From NCBI GenBank assembly GCA_017622295.1, contig JAGARK010000074.1, positions 17,072 through 81,071 of the forward strand: a stretch of 64,000 nt of DNA. The letters run 5' to 3'. Positions 35,769 to 46,183 of the stretch are shown in pieces. The position numbers were made by a program, and so were the translations under genes. Each line of letters opens with the position of its first letter. Within the stretch, counting starts at the first letter, position 1. The notes beneath the pieces are model-generated. The model saw only the letters and a list, made by a program, of their open reading frames with translations, was not told the DNA's origin and ran no database searches. The stretch is from Oscillospiraceae bacterium (GTDB lineage Bacteria; Bacillota; Clostridia; Oscillospirales; Oscillospiraceae).

Positions 35769-38353
35769 AACTGATCAGTATTTATATAGAGAATTTCGGC
35801 TGCCTGCACCAGTATGGCCTGGAATTTGCCGAGGGGCTGACGGTGATCCGGAAGGACAACGGCTTCGGCAAGACCACACTGGCGGAGTTTATCCGGGCTA
35901 TGTTCTATGGCTTCCCCCGGGCGGCCAAGACCCTCGACAAGAACCGGCGGAAAAGATACCTGCCCTGGAGTGGCGGGAAATGCGGCGGTCATCTGACCTT
36001 CGAGCAGGAAGGCTGCCGGTACCGCATTCAGCGCACCTTCGGCACGGTGCCCAAGGGGGATACCTTCAGCCTGATCGATCTGAGCACCAACCAGAAGAGT
36101 AATCGTTTTTCCGAGGATATCGGCGTGGAACTTTTTGGCCTGGACGCGGATTCCTTCGAGCGCAGCACCTATATGCCCCAGCTTCATGAGACGGGGGCGC
36201 TGAGCACGGACAGCATCCGGGCCAAGCTGGGTGACCTGGTGGAGGACACCAATGATGTGGGTAATTTTGAAAAGGCAGTGGCTGCCCTGAGAGCCAAACG
36301 CATGACCTACTCCCATTTTCGGGGCATTGGCGGCTCCGTGGCGGAGGCCAAAAGCAAGGTATCCCAGCTTCAGCAGAAGCTGGATGAGGCGGAAGAACAG
36401 CGAAGCACCCTGGCCAGCCGGAATACCGGGATCCGGGAATTGGAGGATCTGCTGGACCGAGATGAACAGGAGCTGGCGCAGATTCGTGAAAAGATCACCG
36501 AGGGCTCCCAGGCTGCGGCAAGAGAGGCGGTGCGCCGGGAGTATCGCCGGCTGCTGGAGCAGCGGGATCAGCTTCAGTCCGGATTGGACGTCCGTTTTGA
36601 CGCCGGAATGCCCGGGGCTGAGGATTTTGAAAAAGCGGACAGTGCCTGTGCGGAATATTTGACTGTGACGGCTCAGATCCGGGATACGGCCCCGGCTCCG
36701 GCGGAGCTGGGGGAGCTGGAAGCGTTTTTCGGCCCGGGTATTCCCGAGGATGAAAAGCTGGAGGACCTTTCTCAGAAACAGCGGCAGCTGATGCGCCTCC
36801 AGGCAGAGCTTGACAGCCTGCACCTTTCCGACCCGGAGCAGCATCGGCTGGAGGAGCTGCAGTCCTGTTTTGCTTCCGGTCTTCCGGAGCAGAAGCAGAT
36901 CGATGACAGCAGAATGAAGCTGGACCGGGCTGACCGGCTGCGGCAGGAGATTCCGCAGCTGCGTGAGGCCCTGCAGGCGCGGGAGGAAAAACAGAAGGGC
37001 AGTCCCTGGACGGTCATTGCACTGATTTTGGGCGTGTTGGCCCTGGGCGGCGGCATCGGGCTGCTGGCTGCGGGAAAGGTGATTCCCGGCGGCGTGCTGC
37101 TGGGCGTCGGATTGCCGCTGATACTTTTGGGCGCCTGGCTGGGCATCCGGCGGATGATCTCGAAGGAAGTTTCCGGAAATGGCGCGGACCTGCGGCAGCA
37201 GCTGGCTGCTGCGCAGACGGAGGCCTCCCGGCTGGAATGGGAAGTGCAGAGCTTTGTGGGGCAGTATCTCGTGGTTGCGCAGCTTGCGCAGAACCTTGAC
37301 GAGATCCAGAACCGGCGGACGGAATATCTGGCCCTCGTACAGCGTGCGGCCGGTTTGGAAAAGAGCCGCAGCCGGATTCAGGCGGAACTGGATGAGTGCC
37401 AAGGCTTGTTGTATGAGGCACTGGCTCCTTATTTTGGTGCTGAACCGGAAGCGGAGCAATCGATTCTGACGCTGCGGATGAAACGCAGCCGGCTGCAGGA
37501 TCTGCGGCAGCAGCAGGCTTCCGCTGATGAAAAACGCACGGTGATGAGCCAGCGTGCCAGGGAACTGGAAGCCCAGCTGCGGGCATTTCTGGAGCCCTAT
37601 TATGAAACGGTGGCGGTGGATCGCTTCGGCAGTCTTTTGAATCAGCTGCGTCGAAGCTGCGATGATCAGATCAGAATCCGGAACCAGCTGAGCACACTGG
37701 AGCAGAAACTGGCCGAGTTCCGGGCTGAGCATGGAGCCGTGCTGTCCCAAAGGGAGCAGATTCCGGATCTGGAGCTTCTGAAGCATCGGGAGCGGCAGCT
37801 GTCCGATGAGATCACCGATCTGACCCGCCGCCTGCTGGAGCGAAAGCAGCAGGCAGCTCAGCTGCGCCATGAGATCGACCGGATCCCGGAGCTCCGGGAT
37901 GAGCTGGAAAGCTGGCAGTCCCGGAAGGACGCAGATCAAAACCGGGCGGACACATTGGACCGGACGCTGGATTTTTTGCAGCAGGCCCGGGAAAATCTCT
38001 CCGGAAATTATCTGAGCACCATCCAGCGCAGCTTTGGCCAGTATCTGGAACGCCTGTCCGGCGAGGACCGGCAGAAGATTTTGGTCACCGGCGATCTGGA
38101 GGTTCAGCTGGAGCGCCAGGGACAGACCCGGGAGCTGGGGTATTTCAGCGCCGGTCAGACGGACCTTGTGATGCTGTGCATGCGCTTTGCTCTGGTAGAC
38201 GCGCTGTTTACGGAGGAGAAGCCCTTTGTGATTCTGGATGATCCCTTCGTGAATCTGGACGATGCGCGCACCGCCGAGGCGCTGGCCCTGCTGAAGGATC
38301 TTTCTCAGGACCGGCAGATCATCTATCTGGTGTGCAACAGCAGCAGAATATAA
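35765..38353 (+). CDS. SMC/Rad50-like AAA ATPase with central TM hairpin (YhaN-like)
   Basis: NGFGKTT Walker A, coiled coils, FSAGQ signature, ILDDPFVNLD Walker B/D-loop; GTGA overlap with the upstream gene. Confidence 0.85.
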   Translation: MKLISIYIENFGCLHQYGLEFAEGLTVIRKDNGFGKTTLAEFIRAMFYGFPRAAKTLDKNRRKRYLPWSGGKCGGHLTFEQEGCRYRIQRTFGTVPKGDTFSLIDLSTNQKSNRFSEDIGVELFGLDADSFERSTYMPQLHETGALSTDSIRAKLGDLVEDTNDVGNFEKAVAALRAKRMTYSHFRGIGGSVAEAKSKVSQLQQKLDEAEEQRSTLASRNTGIRELEDLLDRDEQELAQIREKITEGSQAAAREAVRREYRRLLEQRDQLQSGLDVRFDAGMPGAEDFEKADSACAEYLTVTAQIRDTAPAPAELGELEAFFGPGIPEDEKLEDLSQKQRQLMRLQAELDSLHLSDPEQHRLEELQSCFASGLPEQKQIDDSRMKLDRADRLRQEIPQLREALQAREEKQKGSPWTVIALILGVLALGGGIGLLAAGKVIPGGVLLGVGLPLILLGAWLGIRRMISKEVSGNGADLRQQLAAAQTEASRLEWEVQSFVGQYLVVAQLAQNLDEIQNRRTEYLALVQRAAGLEKSRSRIQAELDECQGLLYEALAPYFGAEPEAEQSILTLRMKRSRLQDLRQQQASADEKRTVMSQRARELEAQLRAFLEPYYETVAVDRFGSLLNQLRRSCDDQIRIRNQLSTLEQKLAEFRAEHGAVLSQREQIPDLELLKHRERQLSDEITDLTRRLLERKQQAAQLRHEIDRIPELRDELESWQSRKDADQNRADTLDRTLDFLQQARENLSGNYLSTIQRSFGQYLERLSGEDRQKILVTGDLEVQLERQGQTRELGYFSAGQTDLVMLCMRFALVDALFTEEKPFVILDDPFVNLDDARTAEALALLKDLSQDRQIIYLVCNSSRI

Positions 38354-38472
38354 GCAATACAGGGGCGGCCGATGGCCGCCCCTAAAAAAACGGGAAAACA
38401 TGTTAAAATACTTGACGCGTCTTATCGAGGATGGATATAATTGCAGTATCCAATGAACAGGAGGAACTGGAA

Positions 38473-39234
38473 ATGAAGAAACAAATTACCCGTATTCTGG
38501 CGCTGATCCTCTGCGCCGTGATGATCCTCGGTATGGTGCCGATGATCGCTCATGCTGCAGATGATTCGCGAATCATCACCAATATGGAGGAGCTCAAAGC
38601 GGTGCTTAACGAGGTGGATCCGCCGGAAGGCGGCTACAGACTGATCGTGGAGTCTGACGAGCCCTTTGTTCTCACAGAGTCTGTCGAAATTCCCTGGGGC
38701 TTCTGGCTGCAACCCTTTACTCCGATGATTATTCCCGAGGGCGTTTGCCTGACGGTCCTGGATTCTTTTCATATTTATTCGGAAGTAACGGTATACGGCG
38801 AAGTCAATGCTCCAAAGTATAGTTATGTGTGGATTGGCGGCGATTTCGGTGGCTGTCTGAAGGTTGCCGAGGGTGCAAAGGCAGATATCAACTATATTCA
38901 TGTGGATGCGCCGATCGGCATGGAACTGTCCGAAGTGATTCAGGGCATAGATCTGACGGAGTATTCCTTTTATGAAGAGTCCGGAGAAGACATGTATAGC
39001 TGGTTCCTGACGAAAAAGGGCGCTGAAGAGGAACCCGAGGCTGTGCCCGGTGATATGACCGGGGACGAAGTGGTGGACGACTCCGATGTTGCCCATCTGC
39101 TGTGGCACACCTTGTTCCCCAATGAATATGAGGTCAGCGGTGAAGCGGACTTCAACGGCGATGGCGCCATTGACGATGCCGACGTTGCTTACCTCCTCTG
39201 GCATACCCTGTTCCCCGATGCGTATCCCCTGTAA
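38473..39234 (+). CDS. Secreted protein with C-terminal dockerin-like domain
   Basis: Signal peptide ending AHA-A; duplicated GDMTGDEVVDDSDV..LLWHTLFP / ADFNGDGAIDDADV..LLWHTLFP. Confidence 0.75.
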   Translation: MKKQITRILALILCAVMILGMVPMIAHAADDSRIITNMEELKAVLNEVDPPEGGYRLIVESDEPFVLTESVEIPWGFWLQPFTPMIIPEGVCLTVLDSFHIYSEVTVYGEVNAPKYSYVWIGGDFGGCLKVAEGAKADINYIHVDAPIGMELSEVIQGIDLTEYSFYEESGEDMYSWFLTKKGAEEEPEAVPGDMTGDEVVDDSDVAHLLWHTLFPNEYEVSGEADFNGDGAIDDADVAYLLWHTLFPDAYPL

Positions 39235-39245
39235 CTGACATAATA

Positions 39246-39275
39246 AAAAAGGAGCGGAATATCCGCTCCTTTTTT
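39246..39275. terminator. Bidirectional terminator
   Basis: AAAAAGGAGCGGA-ATA-TCCGCTCCTTTTT. Confidence 0.85.
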
Positions 39276-39296
39276 GCGTGCTATGTACTTGGGGGG

Positions 39297-40106
39297 TCAT
39301 GGTTCAAAGTTTTCAAAAATCGGCAGCCAGCCCTCTTTGACGGCGGTGTCGTAGTCTTCCTGGGTGCGGATGGTCCAGCTGACACCCTGGACGCCCCAGA
39401 ATTTGCGGACCAAAAAATCGCTGAGTGTCTTGCGGTCCTCAAATTTGTAGGAGGTGAAATCGGGCCGGGTCATAAAACCGAAGACCTGATGCTTCAGGCA
39501 CCATTTGAGGGCGGGATGCAGCTTGCTCTTTTCGTCCCGGAAGAAGTCTGCGGTGAGCTGGCCCCGGATGATGTCCGGGCGGTGCTTTTTCAGCCAGTAG
39601 ACGCAGCGGGGGTCGAAGGACTCCATGCACCAGCTGCCTTCGTAGCCTTCCATCATGGCGCAGGCAGCCTCCGCCAGGGCGGCGTGGTTGCCCCGCTCCG
39701 GCTTCAGCTCGATGATCATGGGAGCCTGACCGGAGAAGAGTTCCAGAACCTGCCGGAATTCCGGGATGGTTTCGTCGGTGCCTTGCAGGCGGTAGTTTAT
39801 CAGATCCTCTGTAGTCAGATCTTCAATCTGAACGTCGCAGCCCGCGGTGCGCTTCAGGGAAGCGTCGTGGATGACGGCCAGATTGCCGTCTTTCAGTAGG
39901 TGAATGTCCAGCTCAATGCCGTAGCCCTTTTCCAGCGCTGCCCGGAAGGCAGCCATGGAGTTCTCTGGGATGCCGTTACCGTGGAGGCCCCGGTGGGCAT
40001 AGCTCCAGCCCCGCAGGGCCTTCAGCCCCGGATGGCCGGTTCTGCCCCGGACAGAGAAGACAAATGCGGCTGCTGCCAGGAGCAGAATAATCAACAGGAT
40101 TTTCAA
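39297..40106 (-). CDS. Glycerophosphodiester phosphodiesterase
   Basis: AHRG, PENS, IELDI, HD, IELK. Confidence 0.9.
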   Translation of the reverse strand: MKILLIILLLAAAAFVFSVRGRTGHPGLKALRGWSYAHRGLHGNGIPENSMAAFRAALEKGYGIELDIHLLKDGNLAVIHDASLKRTAGCDVQIEDLTTEDLINYRLQGTDETIPEFRQVLELFSGQAPMIIELKPERGNHAALAEAACAMMEGYEGSWCMESFDPRCVYWLKKHRPDIIRGQLTADFFRDEKSKLHPALKWCLKHQVFGFMTRPDFTSYKFEDRKTLSDFLVRKFWGVQGVSWTIRTQEDYDTAVKEGWLPIFENFEP

Positions 40107-40140
40107 AGATGATCGCTTCTTTCAATGAATAATACAAATG

Positions 40141-41286
40141 TTATCCGACGGTCAGCATCTGAAGGTATTCCTCCAGACACACATCCAGCTCGTGGATTTC
40201 GGCGGCGACCTCTCTTCCAACATAGCGGTAGTGCCAGGGCTCAAAGATGATACCGGTGATGTCACTTTTTCCGTCGGGGTAGCGCAGAATCCAGCCGTAT
40301 TCCCAGGAGTGCTCCATGAGCCATTTCTGGGTGGCGGTGTGGGCCTGGCTTTCGTTCAGATTCCAGTTGCCGTTGTCGATGATGTCCAGGGCCAGACCCA
40401 GCTGATGCTCGCTGGTGCCGGGGACGGCAACAGAACGGCCAGCAAGAGTTTTTGCCTCTTCCTCAGCGTAGCCCCTGGCGGTGTAGAAGGCAACCTTCCG
40501 GCTGTACAGGAGTTCCTGATACTCCTGGGTCCGGTAGGAGGAGCAGACAGCCGGGTCCAGACCGGCGTCCTCGCAGGCGCGGATCATTTCCTCAAAATCC
40601 GCCAGGGCGATGGAGGCGACCTGATGGTTTTCGGCGATGGGAGCCAGCTCCACGGTATAATCCCCGGGGACATAGTTCCAGGGGTTGACCAGGGGGATGT
40701 ACTGGCCGTTGGAGGAGAAATGGTACAGCTTGCCGTCGATTTCCGTAATGCCTGCGGCGGGGGAGCCGTCGGAATAGAAATAGTAGTCAAGGCCGTCGAT
40801 GGTCTGCCAGCCGGTCAAAGCCCGGCCGGTCTCGTCAAAGCAGCAGCGCATGGAGTCCGCTTCGGCCCAGCCGGGGAGGGGGCGGCCTTCTGTGTCGGCC
40901 CGATATCGGACGCCATCGAGCAGGAAGATTCCGTCGGCCAGATAACCCTCTTCATTAAATAAGTACAAGCTGCCGTCGATTTCCCGGGGACCGGTAACCG
41001 GCGTGCCCTCTTCGTCCAGATACAGCTGACGGCCATTCCGGCTGAGCCAGCCGGTGACGAGGCTGCCGTCATCCCGGAAGAAGTGACGCTTGCCGTCCAG
41101 CTCCGTCCAGCCCGCGGCGGGGGAGCCGTCGCTGTGATAATAGTATCGCAGCTGGCCCTCCGTGACCCAGCCGGTTTGAGGGGCCTTGGAGGCGTCCGGT
41201 TCCAGTTTGGCGAGAGCGGCCAGGAATGCCAGGATGCACACTGCAGCCAGTAATCCGAGGATCACCGCCATATTCCGTTTGTTCAC
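40141..41286 (-). CDS. M15B D-Ala-D-Ala carboxypeptidase with cell-wall-binding repeats
   Basis: TGW..YY repeats; SYR, SEHQLGLALD, EPWHYRYVG; N-terminal TM. Confidence 0.88.
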   Translation of the reverse strand: MNKRNMAVILGLLAAVCILAFLAALAKLEPDASKAPQTGWVTEGQLRYYYHSDGSPAAGWTELDGKRHFFRDDGSLVTGWLSRNGRQLYLDEEGTPVTGPREIDGSLYLFNEEGYLADGIFLLDGVRYRADTEGRPLPGWAEADSMRCCFDETGRALTGWQTIDGLDYYFYSDGSPAAGITEIDGKLYHFSSNGQYIPLVNPWNYVPGDYTVELAPIAENHQVASIALADFEEMIRACEDAGLDPAVCSSYRTQEYQELLYSRKVAFYTARGYAEEEAKTLAGRSVAVPGTSEHQLGLALDIIDNGNWNLNESQAHTATQKWLMEHSWEYGWILRYPDGKSDITGIIFEPWHYRYVGREVAAEIHELDVCLEEYLQMLTVG

Positions 41287-41469
41287 AATCGCATCCCTCC
41301 GGAAATTGCCGCATTTCGACAAAATTTGCATACATTGTAGCACGGAAGGCTGTGAATTGCAAGGAGGGAAGATTCGGAAAAACCGAAAGCGGGGGCCGAA
41401 AAAAGTTGGTGCACTTTCGCAGATTATGTGTTATACTATATTAAATGATCGGAAGAGGGAGGTCCGTGT

Positions 41470-42675
41470 ATGGATCGATTTGACAGGAAACGGTATCTGT
41501 ACAGTATGCTGGCTGTGGCGGGGGCCATTTGCCTGAGTGTGCTGTTCTTCTTCCTGCTGTACAGGATGCAGGGTGTCGGCGAGTTCCTGGATACGTTTAT
41601 CCGAATTCTGAAGCCCTTTATTTACGGCGGCGTCATTGCCTACCTGCTGCGCCCGGTGTGCAACTGGTATTCCAGAATGCTCCATAACGCCTTCAAGGGG
41701 AAATACCCGAAGATGGCAGAGGCGCTGGCGGTGATCCTGAGCCTGATCACGGGATTGCTGGTGGTTTACGCTCTGATCATCATGATCGCGCCCCAGCTGT
41801 ATGCCAGCATTGCCGCCCTCTGGGAGTCCATCCCCTCCAAGGTAGAGCAGCTGATCGCCTGGGCAACGGTGACCTTCGGTGAAAATGAAAAGCTGATCGC
41901 CTACTTCAATTCCAGCTATCAGCAGATCTACACCACCCTGGAAAACTGGGCCACCGGAACCCTGACTCCTTATATTACCAATATTGTCAGCGGCGTGGGT
42001 ATGAGTGTCTGGAAGGTTTTGCTGTTTTTGAAGGATCTGCTGATCGGCGTGATCGTGGCGGTGTACCTGCTGGGCAGCCGCAAGCGCTTCAGCCGCCAGG
42101 CGGTCATCGTCATCCGAAGCATGTTCAAGCCCCGTTGGGCGGATATGGTTCTGGGCGAAATCAAATTTGTTGATGATATGTTCGGCGGCTTCATTGAAGG
42201 CAAGCTTGTGGACTCCGCCATCATTGGTGTTTTGTGCTACATCGGCTGCTCTGTGTTCAAGTTCCCCAATCCATTGCTTGTTTCCGCCGTTGTGGGCGTG
42301 ACCAATGTGATCCCCTTCTTCGGACCATTCCTGGGCGCCATTCCGGCAACGCTGCTGATCCTGATTGATGATCCCATCAAGGCGCTGTGGTTTGTGGTGT
42401 TTGTGTTTTTCCTCCAGCAGCTGGACGGCAATGTCATCGGACCCAAGATCCTGGGCGATCATACCGGCGTTTCCAGCTTCTGGGTGCTGTTCTCCATTTT
42501 GCTGTTCGGTGGCCTGTGGGGCCTGGTGGGCATGGTCATTGCGGTGCCGCTGTTTGCGGTTTTGTATGACATTGCCAAGAAGCTGGTGATCCGTGGCCTG
42601 CGGAGAAACGGCTGCTCGGCCGTTTTGAGCGATTACAGCCGGGATTTCGGCGGCGGAACAGAAGAAAAAGAATAA
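41470..42675 (+). CDS. AI-2E family transporter
   Basis: NVIPFFGPFLG, QQLDGNVIGPKILG. Confidence 0.9.
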   Translation: MDRFDRKRYLYSMLAVAGAICLSVLFFFLLYRMQGVGEFLDTFIRILKPFIYGGVIAYLLRPVCNWYSRMLHNAFKGKYPKMAEALAVILSLITGLLVVYALIIMIAPQLYASIAALWESIPSKVEQLIAWATVTFGENEKLIAYFNSSYQQIYTTLENWATGTLTPYITNIVSGVGMSVWKVLLFLKDLLIGVIVAVYLLGSRKRFSRQAVIVIRSMFKPRWADMVLGEIKFVDDMFGGFIEGKLVDSAIIGVLCYIGCSVFKFPNPLLVSAVVGVTNVIPFFGPFLGAIPATLLILIDDPIKALWFVVFVFFLQQLDGNVIGPKILGDHTGVSSFWVLFSILLFGGLWGLVGMVIAVPLFAVLYDIAKKLVIRGLRRNGCSAVLSDYSRDFGGGTEEKE

Positions 42676-42941
42676 GGATTCTGCTTTCAGGCGCCCCGCT
42701 TCCGGCGGGGCGCTTTTCTTATGCCGGGAGCATTCGGAACGAATGGATAAATATTCAAAGGTGCGATATGAAAACGGACCTTGATTTTACAAAATTTTCA
42801 CAATATGTTCCTGCCAGATGAACCATAATGCGTCACTCGAAAACGAAAAACCGGGTGTTTGCGGCTGGAAGACGTTAATCCCTGTGAAAAAGTCACAAAA
42901 ACAGATGTGCAGGTCCGATAAATCTTCGGTCAGATATCCAG

Positions 42942-42970
42942 TTGAAAATAAATATTGAATACTATATAAT
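42942..42970 (+). promoter_or_regulatory. Sigma-A promoter of the opp operon
   Basis: TTGAAA-17-TATAAT, about 190 nt upstream of oppB. Confidence 0.65.
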
Positions 42971-43164
42971 TCTTATAGTATTTTTGATTAACTTATGGTC
43001 TAAGTATGTCAAAAAGTGCCATTCCGCGGTGAATACGGGATGGAAATATATCACAAGCGGGACGTCCCGCCTCATGTTTTCTTACGGGGAAAACATGATA
43101 GATCTTGTACGGAACGAAGCTGGTCCGGGCAAGGGACGTAGCTTTATCGAAAGGACGGATCTGG

Positions 43165-44094
43165 ATGAACACAAAGACATTATGGTACATCCTGAAGCGG
43201 ATCGCGCTGGCGCTGCTGACTGTGTGGGTCGTCATTACTGTGACCTTCTTCGTCATGCGTGCCGTTCCCGGCGGCCCCTTCCTGGGTGAAAAGGCCATCT
43301 CCGAGGCAGCTCAGGCTGCACTGGAAGCCAAGTACGGCTTGGACAAACCCCTGATGGAGCAGTACATTACTTATCTGAAGGATATTGTGACTGCTTTTGA
43401 CTTCGGACCTTCTCTGAAGCTTCGCGGCCGTCAGGTTATGGACATTATTATGGACGGCATGAAAGTCTCCGCCAAGCTGGGTCTGATTGCTGCATGCATC
43501 GCACTGGTTGTGGGCGTCGTGCTGGGCGCTGTGGCTGCCCTGCGCCGCAACAAGGCAATTGACAAGATCATCATGGTCTTCACCACTGCCTGCATTTCCA
43601 TGCCCTCTTTTATTATGGGCACACTGCTGCTGCTGGTCTTTGCTCTGCAGCTGGCCATCGTTCCCGCCAACGGCGAGACTGCAAAGGGTCTGATTCTGCC
43701 CATCATTACCCTGTCCCTGTCCCCCATGGCAAACATCACCCGTCTGACCCGTTCCTCCATGCTGGACGTGCTGGGTCAGGACTATATCCGCACCGCACGG
43801 GCCAAGGGCGTTTCCCAGATGAACATCATCTTCGGTCACGCACTGAAGAACTCCCTGATCCCCGTCATCACCTATTTTGGCCCCATGCTGGCCTACATCG
43901 TCACCGGCTCCCTGGTCGTTGAGCAGATTTTCGCCGTGCCCGGCATCGGCAGATATTTCGTCAGCTCCATCACCGGCCGTGACTACCCTCTGATCATGGG
44001 CACCACCATCGTGCTGGCAACTCTGATCGTCATCATGAACCTGGTCAGCGACATTATGTACAAGGTCGTTGATCCCAGAATCAATCTGGAGTAA
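43165..44094 (+). CDS. oppB: Oligopeptide ABC permease
   Basis: VPGGPF, DYIRTARAKG, VEQIFAVPGIG, RDYP. Confidence 0.92.
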   Translation: MNTKTLWYILKRIALALLTVWVVITVTFFVMRAVPGGPFLGEKAISEAAQAALEAKYGLDKPLMEQYITYLKDIVTAFDFGPSLKLRGRQVMDIIMDGMKVSAKLGLIAACIALVVGVVLGAVAALRRNKAIDKIIMVFTTACISMPSFIMGTLLLLVFALQLAIVPANGETAKGLILPIITLSLSPMANITRLTRSSMLDVLGQDYIRTARAKGVSQMNIIFGHALKNSLIPVITYFGPMLAYIVTGSLVVEQIFAVPGIGRYFVSSITGRDYPLIMGTTIVLATLIVIMNLVSDIMYKVVDPRINLE

Positions 44095-44106
44095 GGAGGC
44101 AGGCAA

Positions 44107-45168
44107 ATGAAAAAGAATCCCTTCAGTCTCCATGTGAATCTGGATGACTTTGCCCCCGCCAGCGAAGCGGAAAAGGCTTATATGGTGCAGATGCGCCCCT
44201 CTACCACCTTCTTCAAGGATGGTATGAAGCGCCTGCTGAAGAACAAGATCGCTACCATCAGCATGATCGTCATCATTCTGGTCACCCTGGCAGCCATCAT
44301 CCTGCCCGTGTTCTGGCCCTACAGCTATGATACCATGCTGGGTGTCCGTCCCGGCAGACCCGTCGACTCCTCTTATAACAACCTGGCTCCCTTTGAGTTT
44401 GGCGAGACCGAGCTGGAGCGGATGGCAGAGGGCGAGGAGATTTTCCCCCATGTCTTCGGCACCGACTCCGCCGGCCGTGACTACTTCATCCGTGTGGTCT
44501 ATGGTACCCGTATCTCCCTGTCCGTCGGCTTCTTCGCCAGTATCATCGTGCTGATCATCGGTATGACCGTCGGTTCCGTTGCCGGTTATTTTGGCGGCAA
44601 GGTGGACCTGATCATCATGCGAATCGTTGATATCATCTACTCCCTGCCTGATATGCTGATGGTCATTCTGCTGGCCTCCGTGCTGAAGCAGAGCGGCCTG
44701 AATGCAGCCATCGAAGGCACCGTCCTGGAAAAGCTGGGCGGCAACATCATTTCCCTGTTCATCATCTTTGCGCTGCTGTACTGGGTCAGCATGTCCCGTC
44801 AGATCCGCGGTCAGATCCTGTCCCTGAAGGAGCAGGAGTATGTTCTGGCAGCCCGCGCCACCGGCGCCAAGGGCAGCTGGGTCATCACCAAGCATCTGCT
44901 GCCCAACTGCATCAGTGTGGTCATCATCTCCACCTGCCTGCAGATTCCCAGCGCAATCTTCACTGAAAGCTACCTGTCCTTCCTGGGCCTGGGCGTCAAC
45001 GCTCCCATGCCTTCCCTGGGCAGCCTGGCATCCGATGCCCTGAACGGCATCACCACCTATCCTCACCGTCTGGTGATCCCCGCTGTGGTCATTTCTCTGA
45101 TCGTGCTGTCCCTGAACCTCTTCGGCGACGGTCTGCGCGACGCATTTGACCCCAAGCTGAAAAACTGA
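44107..45168 (+). CDS. oppC: Oligopeptide ABC permease
   Basis: FGTDSAGRD, EYVLAARATGA, GDGLRDAFDPK. Confidence 0.92.
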   Translation: MKKNPFSLHVNLDDFAPASEAEKAYMVQMRPSTTFFKDGMKRLLKNKIATISMIVIILVTLAAIILPVFWPYSYDTMLGVRPGRPVDSSYNNLAPFEFGETELERMAEGEEIFPHVFGTDSAGRDYFIRVVYGTRISLSVGFFASIIVLIIGMTVGSVAGYFGGKVDLIIMRIVDIIYSLPDMLMVILLASVLKQSGLNAAIEGTVLEKLGGNIISLFIIFALLYWVSMSRQIRGQILSLKEQEYVLAARATGAKGSWVITKHLLPNCISVVIISTCLQIPSAIFTESYLSFLGLGVNAPMPSLGSLASDALNGITTYPHRLVIPAVVISLIVLSLNLFGDGLRDAFDPKLKN

Positions 45169-45187
45169 GAAAGGAGTGTAGAACCAA

Positions 45188-46183
45188 ATGGCACTGCTTG
45201 AAGTTAAAGATCTGCATACCTCTTTCTACACCCCTGCCGGTGAAGTAAAGGCTGTCAACGGTGTGTCCTTCAATCTGGACCACGGCAAGGTTCTGGGCAT
45301 TGTGGGTGAGTCCGGTTCCGGCAAGTCCGTCACCGCTTACTCCATTATGCAGATTCTGGAAAAGACCGGTAAGATCGTCTCCGGCTCCATCAAGTGCGAT
45401 GGTCAGGAGCTGGTCGGCGCCGGCGAAAAGGTCATGAAGACCGTCCGCGGCAATAAGATCTCCATCATCTTCCAGGACCCCATGACCTCCCTGAATCCCA
45501 CCTACACCATTGGCAAGCAGCTGATGGAAGCCATCATGCTGCACACCAAGCGAAACAAGCAGCAGGCACGGGAGCGTGCCGTTGAAATGCTGCGGCTGGT
45601 TAACATCAACGAGCCCGAGAAGCGAATGAACCAGTATCCCTTCGAGTTCTCCGGCGGCATGCGTCAGCGTATCATGATCGCCATGGCGCTGGCCTGCGAG
45701 CCCGATATTCTGATTGCCGACGAGCCCACCACCGCTCTGGACGTGACCATTCAGGCACAGATCCTGGAGCTGATGCAGCAGCTGCAGAAGGACCTGGGCA
45801 TGGCAATCATCATGATTACCCACGACCTGGGCGTTGTTGCTCAGATGTGTGATGAAGTTATCGTCATGTACGCCGGCTCCATCTGTGAGCAGGGCACCGC
45901 TGACGAGATCTTCTACAATCCCAAGCATGAGTACACCAAGGGCCTGATGCGCTCCATTCCCACCGTCGACAGCGACGGCAGCAAGCTGCAGCCCATCACC
46001 GGTACTCCCATTGACCTGCTGAACATGCCTGCCGGCTGTCCCTTCGCACCCCGCTGTGATGCGGCTATGAAGATCTGCCTGCGGGAGCGCTGCGAGCGGA
46101 TGCAGATCAACGAATGGCACCAGGCTGCCTGCTGGATGAATGTGAAAGAAGCAATGGAAAAGGAAGGCGGTGAGGAAGAATGA
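45188..46183 (+). CDS. oppD: Oligopeptide ABC ATPase
   Basis: [33 protein letters not shown]. Confidence 0.93.
   Translation: MALLEVKDLHTSFYTPAGEVKAVNGVSFNLDHGKVLGIVGESGSGKSVTAYSIMQILEKTGKIVSGSIKCDGQELVGAGEKVMKTVRGNKISIIFQDPMTSLNPTYTIGKQLMEAIMLHTKRNKQQARERAVEMLRLVNINEPEKRMNQYPFEFSGGMRQRIMIAMALACEPDILIADEPTTALDVTIQAQILELMQQLQKDLGMAIIMITHDLGVVAQMCDEVIVMYAGSICEQGTADEIFYNPKHEYTKGLMRSIPTVDSDGSKLQPITGTPIDLLNMPAGCPFAPRCDAAMKICLRERCERMQINEWHQAACWMNVKEAMEKEGGEEE

Noticed and set aside
40141-41286. VanY-like gene as vancomycin resistance
   Set aside because: No vanHAX or vanRS nearby; M15B carboxypeptidases with wall-binding repeats are ordinary housekeeping enzymes
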